Positions 59,160 to 64,000 of a DNA stretch of 64,000 nt are shown piece by piece. Position 1 is the first letter of the stretch. Each line of letters starts with the position of its first letter. The DNA lies in the NCBI GenBank assembly GCA_050084985.1, contig JBITNC010000001.1:24924001-24988000 (forward strand). The letters are read 5' to 3'. A program made the translations under genes and the position numbers. The notes under the pieces were generated by a model. It was not told the DNA's origin and did not search any database. It saw only the letters and a list, made by a program, of their open reading frames with translations. The stretch is from Nageia nagi. Taxonomy: Eukaryota; Plantae; Pinophyta.

Positions 59160-60265
59160 CCAACTAGGGCATCCAATATACAAATACAAACCCTAGTGTG
59201 CAAATGTTGGGCTTCCACAAACACAATATCACCACACTATGCCAACAATGGGTCTTCCTAGCACATACACACCCTTCAATGCCAACGAAAGGCCAAATAC
59301 AACCATACACAACACAATAATGCCCACAAAGCCAACGTTTGGCCAACACATGCACAAATGCACCAAACGATGCCAAAACAAGAATACAATACTGAGATCC
59401 AAAGTACCCATGGCTTATATTATCATAAATGATGAGATACAATACATAAGCAATCCCAAAGGGCTAACGTCAACCTCTTGGGAGCTAAACTAGGTCAGAC
59501 AAACTATTTGATGATGTTGGACGTACAATGCGACAGCAACGCCTCCTCACAATTTGACTCCTACCCATCGAAGGGGCCCTCCTCAAATCTGGATAACCAC
59601 TCGCATGGTAGAGACTCCACCTCGAATACTACCCAGTGGGAATGGTGCTCCACCAATGCCATAGATTGCCAAGATCCCTCAGCTTGACAATCCTCTTAAG
59701 TGCTCCACCTAAGGAAAACACTCAACACTCTGCTAAGGTTGTGTCCACCAGATGATATGTAAGAGTAGAAGTAATAATTATCCAAAGTGTCCATCAATGG
59801 GGCTCCAAGCCTCCTTTATAGCCTTCTCAATCGTGGGATCTGGCCTCGAAGTCATCACCTAAATCCATGATGACCCCAACGTTAGCTCACATAAATGCTC
59901 AACACTGGGTCCAGGGGGTGCCACGAATGCCCATGTGGGTCAAGGGATCATGCGTGGGGGCCTAAGTGTCAAGCTATGCCAACGTGGGACCTAAGAATCA
60001 TCCCAAGGCTGGCGCTAACACTTAAGTGTCTTATCCAAACCACAAGTTTACAAATTCGTCTTGGAATTCCCACAATCAATCCTCGGGATCTCCAAGCTCA
60101 ATACAACATAAAAACACACATAACTAAACCTGGGAGGGAAACGTCCCACTAGGGGCTCACAAGTGGGGTCAATGACCCATTAAATCCGATCCCAAGTTTA
60201 CATCCCGCTAATGACAAAAATAAGACATAAGGAACATTACTAAGATGTTCCAAATGGACACTACT
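59160..60265 (-). mobile_element. Probable LTR remnant
   Basis: Terminus-like ggacactact (decayed reverse complement of TGTAGTGTCC) at ~60256-60265 and a minus-strand TATA-like ctataaagg at ~59820. Other end and TSD not found. Confidence 0.4.
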
Positions 60266-60299
60266 ATTCTTTATTATAATACAAAAGGAACATCACATA

Positions 60300-61290
60300 A
60301 ATAAGAGTTATGGTGAGTATTAGAAGACTCCAACAGAATGGAAGGCAAATTAAGAGGACACATTGAGACTGAAACTCCAAAACATGGCATACAAAAGGTA
60401 TCTAAATAAAGATTGAAAAACTCCAAATGCAACTAGACTGAAAATATACAAATGTCTATGGATGAGCAGAAATAGGTCAATGGAACTCAACAATACAATC
60501 CAATGAAAAGAAAAAGCATTGAGGTTGAAGACCCTAGGGACTGACATAAAAACTATAAAACTACAATAGCAAAGGAATGGTCGAAGAATATCTAATAAAA
60601 ATACCTACCTAGTAAAAACCATACAAGTGTGAACAAACTTGCTTGCCACAAGTCCAAGATGGTAGGAATGTCATCATCCATTATTGCGATGGGGCCAGAA
60701 TGCTTTGAACTAGAAGGACTAAGTGAGGTCTTCCTAAAGTCTCTCCTAACACCCAAGGTCAAAGGACCCTCTATGGTAGAAATAAAGTTAGTGATATGCA
60801 TTTGTCTTCCACGTCCAAGGTGTAGGTGGGAAGGGATACATAGTCCACGCTAATAATAAGCATATGAGTGGTGGCCTAGAGGGTCAAGGCGAGTGTACAA
60901 GGGTACACTGGTAGCTATATGTGAATTTAGAAGTTGTCATGTCAACCTATACTTGCAGATTTGCTAAGCAATATTGTTTGGAATGGGTTGGAAAAGGAGT
61001 TGATCAACCTACTAGCCTAAGGAATCTCTACAAATTCTTGTAGGGCTCTACGTCTTAAGGTAGTGACCTCTCATAGGAAAAGGGCCAAGCGTCTTTGGTG
61101 GGGATAATAAAAGAAAATGGATATGGAACCTCTAGACTATTTGTACAAGCAATAGTACCTCCCTCAAATCTCACAATATTTGAGGCATCGAAATATCAAG
61201 AGCTTCTCATTCTCCACCTCCTTGAGATATTAAAGCCGACAAGTCCTATCATGTTGAGGAATCTGATTCTTAACAATTAATGCACCTCAA
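60300..61290 (-). mobile_element. RTE-X-like LINE 3' fragment (third copy)
   Basis: DRTCRL*YLKEVENEKLLIFRCLKYCEI*GRYYCLY at ~61260-61140. Confidence 0.65.
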
Positions 61291-61299
61291 ATAAAACCA

Positions 61300-64000
61300 A
61301 GCAATCCCATAGTATATGTTCCATTCTGATATCACTTGCATCAAGAGTTCATAAATAGACCAATTACAAGTACCTAATTTGGAAGTTTGATTCTCTCTTC
61401 AGGTTTTACCTAGATATCTACCTACATGACTTCATGTCGCACTAGTTTCAGTGGTCAAGGTTCGGGAGGTGTGGCCTTTCTAGTCAAAGATTGTTTACTT
61501 CCCAAGATCTGCATAGAGGCATTTGATATTCACGCTCGACACATATGGATCTCTTTGATGAGGACCCCACCCCTCAAGAGATTATATATCATTGGATGCT
61601 ACTACCCACCTGTAGCTTCGAGCTATGCCATTCGAGACACATGAGAATACCCCTATATTAATCTCTTTCAGAGATTACCAAATAATTCATTTAGGGGAAG
61701 ATTATGTTGATGGGAGGTTTGTATAGACCTAGTATTTTGATAGCATTGTTGATCCGCTTAACATCAAGGTGCTTGACCATCCCCTACTTTTTTAGAGAGA
61801 TTCAGCAGACCTCACTTCTCCTTCAAGTTATGACAGATTCCTTCTCAATCTTGGTGAGACTCATGATCTTCTGATTCTCAATGGTATTGCTCGATTCCCT
61901 CAATCCAGACACCACACCTGCTTTCCCCATGTCAGACGTTCCAGTGTTGTTGATTATATCCTTTCCAATCCCTCACTCATACATGAAATTATTACTATCC
62001 AGGAATCAAATAAAATATTCAAAATTTGTCCAAAATTTGCCCTAAGGTTGGACGTCAATCTACAACACTCAAATGGAGTAAAAATAGCTCAAAGGGCTAG
62101 ACAACTGGCTTAAAATACCAGATCTAGCAAAAAACACTCCACAAAGCTCAATTGGTTGGACATCTGAGTCCAGAAGGCGGAATGATGTACCAAATGAAGC
62201 AAACTCTCCTCCAATACTAAACGCCACACTGTTAGGGCCTCAAACCCCCAAATTTGAACACTAAAATAACAATGAATCACTCCACAAGTTGGACTCGCCA
62301 GTGAAGGTCTCCCAACTATTGGAGCGAATGCTCTGGAGTACCTCGTGAACCCGGTGAAGAATCCACTCCTATGAACACAAGAATTTTCATCCTTGGTTCA
62401 CCAAAGCTACTCAACGATTTTCGTCCTCAAGAAGCCTCTTTACTGGAATTTTTCATCCATAGGAAGGGATGGGAAGCGACAAATCACTCACTCAAGAGAT
62501 AGAAGAAGATAGATAACCAAGATGATCTCCAAATGAGACACCTCATGCTTAAACAGTTGGACATCTCATTATAGATATCAAGTCATCCCATTACATCATT
62601 ACATTGGAGAACATTATTTAATGCCTCATTTACAATAAAATACTCCTAACTATGGACATCCCACCTAAATGTGATAATAACGTCTAACAAGTCTACAAAT
62701 GCCATCTTGGGCCCACAAAAGATACAAAACTCTCCTAAAATGTCCTTAGAAGAGAGACATATCATTCAAATGCTCAATTGTAGCATTTTTGCATCTTAAA
62801 TGAGATGGCCCACCCATAGGAACAATGTAAATGCATCAAAATACATGAAAATACATCTAGGATCACAAAATATCATTATCCCTTCCTTTGAAGAGAAGCA
62901 ACCCACTCCAAGAGACAATACGGAAGCATGAAAATACAAAAATAAGTGGGACATCAAATTTTGGGACATTACAAACTTTCGTTAGCTGATCACGCACACC
63001 TCATTTTCTCCTTGTTAACTCACCCTACAACGTCCCCCCTCACCACCATTTCCACCCCCAACGCCCCTCAAACGATCATCTTTTTTGATTCAGACCATGA
63101 TCCTCTCTACAATAACATCTTGCAACAGTAACTCATTGGCCTCTATTCACTCCCTTTGATTGAGGATCAAGCACTCTTTTTGGTCGATTCTCTCCGCTCT
63201 GCAACCCTCCAAGTCTTCCCACACAAAATTAGCCCCCCTTGCACTCTTCCATCAAAACATTGTTCGATGAATCTTTGGGTTATTTTTATTGCAAAGATTC
63301 CCACCGTTGCCTCCGACGATCCATTGCCTTAGATCCCAACTCCTGCATCGCTCCTACCGTTGTCTCCTTAGCACTACAAAACACCACTTCTTAACCAAAA
63401 GAACATCAAGATTATTACCTCTCCACTCCAATCCCAAATCCTTCTAGTCCTCCTTCCTCCCCAAGTAACACGTCACGAGTTCCATCTCCCTTCAATCCTG
63501 GAAGGAGTACACCTCTAGTCTTTACACTATCATCGAACAAACTCCATCCATTTGTTTCCTCTGGCCTCCCCCCTCGAACTTCTTTTCCCCTGCCGTCATC
63601 CATGCGACCATTTAGAAACTTAACACAAGGAAAGCTCTCGACATTGAAAACCTTCAAGTTGAGTTCTTCAAGCATGCTAAATTCACCCTTCCTCTCTAGG
63701 CTCTTTAACAATGTTATCTATATAGGTTTTCCATCTTTTTGGACCTCTAACATCATCCATCCCATCTTCAAATCTGGTGATCCCCACGAGCCAAGCAATT
63801 ATCACACCATCCTGACTAACCACACTTTTGCCAAGTCATATCCCACAATCATCAAGGAGGGGTACATTTCTCAAATGGCAAACGTTAGGGGGTTCTGAGC
63901 AGGTGGTCAGGCAAGCTTTCGTAGAGACCATCGCACCACTGATCATGTTTTTACCCTCATGGCAATTATCAAGGAGGCTAGATTTTGAAAGTCCCTAGCC
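61300..64000 (+). mobile_element. RTE-X-like LINE ORF2 (APE and start of RT), running off the window, interrupted by an LTR
   Basis: GSGGVAFLVK, IGCYYPP, LLILNG..TCFPH..SVVDYIL, LADH, IIHPIFKSGDPHEPSNYHTI, QASFRRDHRTTDHVFTL. Confidence 0.88.
61991..62973. mobile_element. Solo LTR nested in the LINE endonuclease
   Basis: Right end GGGACATTACA; left end decayed; flanks AAATT/AACTT; LINE frame resumes directly after it. Confidence 0.65.

Noticed and set aside
49819-64000. Upstream NHX exons (LLPPII..., ATDPVTVLSIFQ)
   Set aside because: Not found by eye; the region is mostly LINE/LTR sequence. They are probably beyond the window, though a missed small exon or 5' truncation cannot be excluded.
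17201-64000. Antisense orientation bias of intronic TEs
   Set aside because: Both orientations occur in similar numbers; the sample is too small to support a bias.

Overview
AT-rich eukaryotic DNA, most likely from a gymnosperm or conifer. This is inferred from the multi-kb TE-filled introns, the style of the PLS-PPR fragment and the TE families present. The only host gene I can support is an endosomal-class Na+(K+)/H+ exchanger (NHX5/NHX6 type) on the minus strand. Sixteen coding exons can be traced from [21 protein letters not shown] (49818) to the stop at 15072. The upstream exons were not found and presumably lie beyond 64000, behind a >14 kb intron. The gene has two minor-spliceosome (U12) introns: a 14,306-nt AT-AC intron and a 111-nt GT-AG intron. 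One exon is a single G short of the conserved frame, which is either an assembly error or a true frameshift. Nearly everything else is nested, degenerate transposons. These include L1 and RTE-X-like LINEs, SINEs, hAT elements and a MITE, solo LTRs, a chromovirus-type Gypsy element whose 5' half is inverted exactly at its LTR terminus, and a ~7.5 kb LTR-like unit carrying its own long decayed ORF. A decayed PPR fragment lies downstream of the gene. I found no prokaryotic features, CRISPR arrays or rRNA/tRNA genes. All calls come from manual reading and recalled family motifs; no database searches were run.
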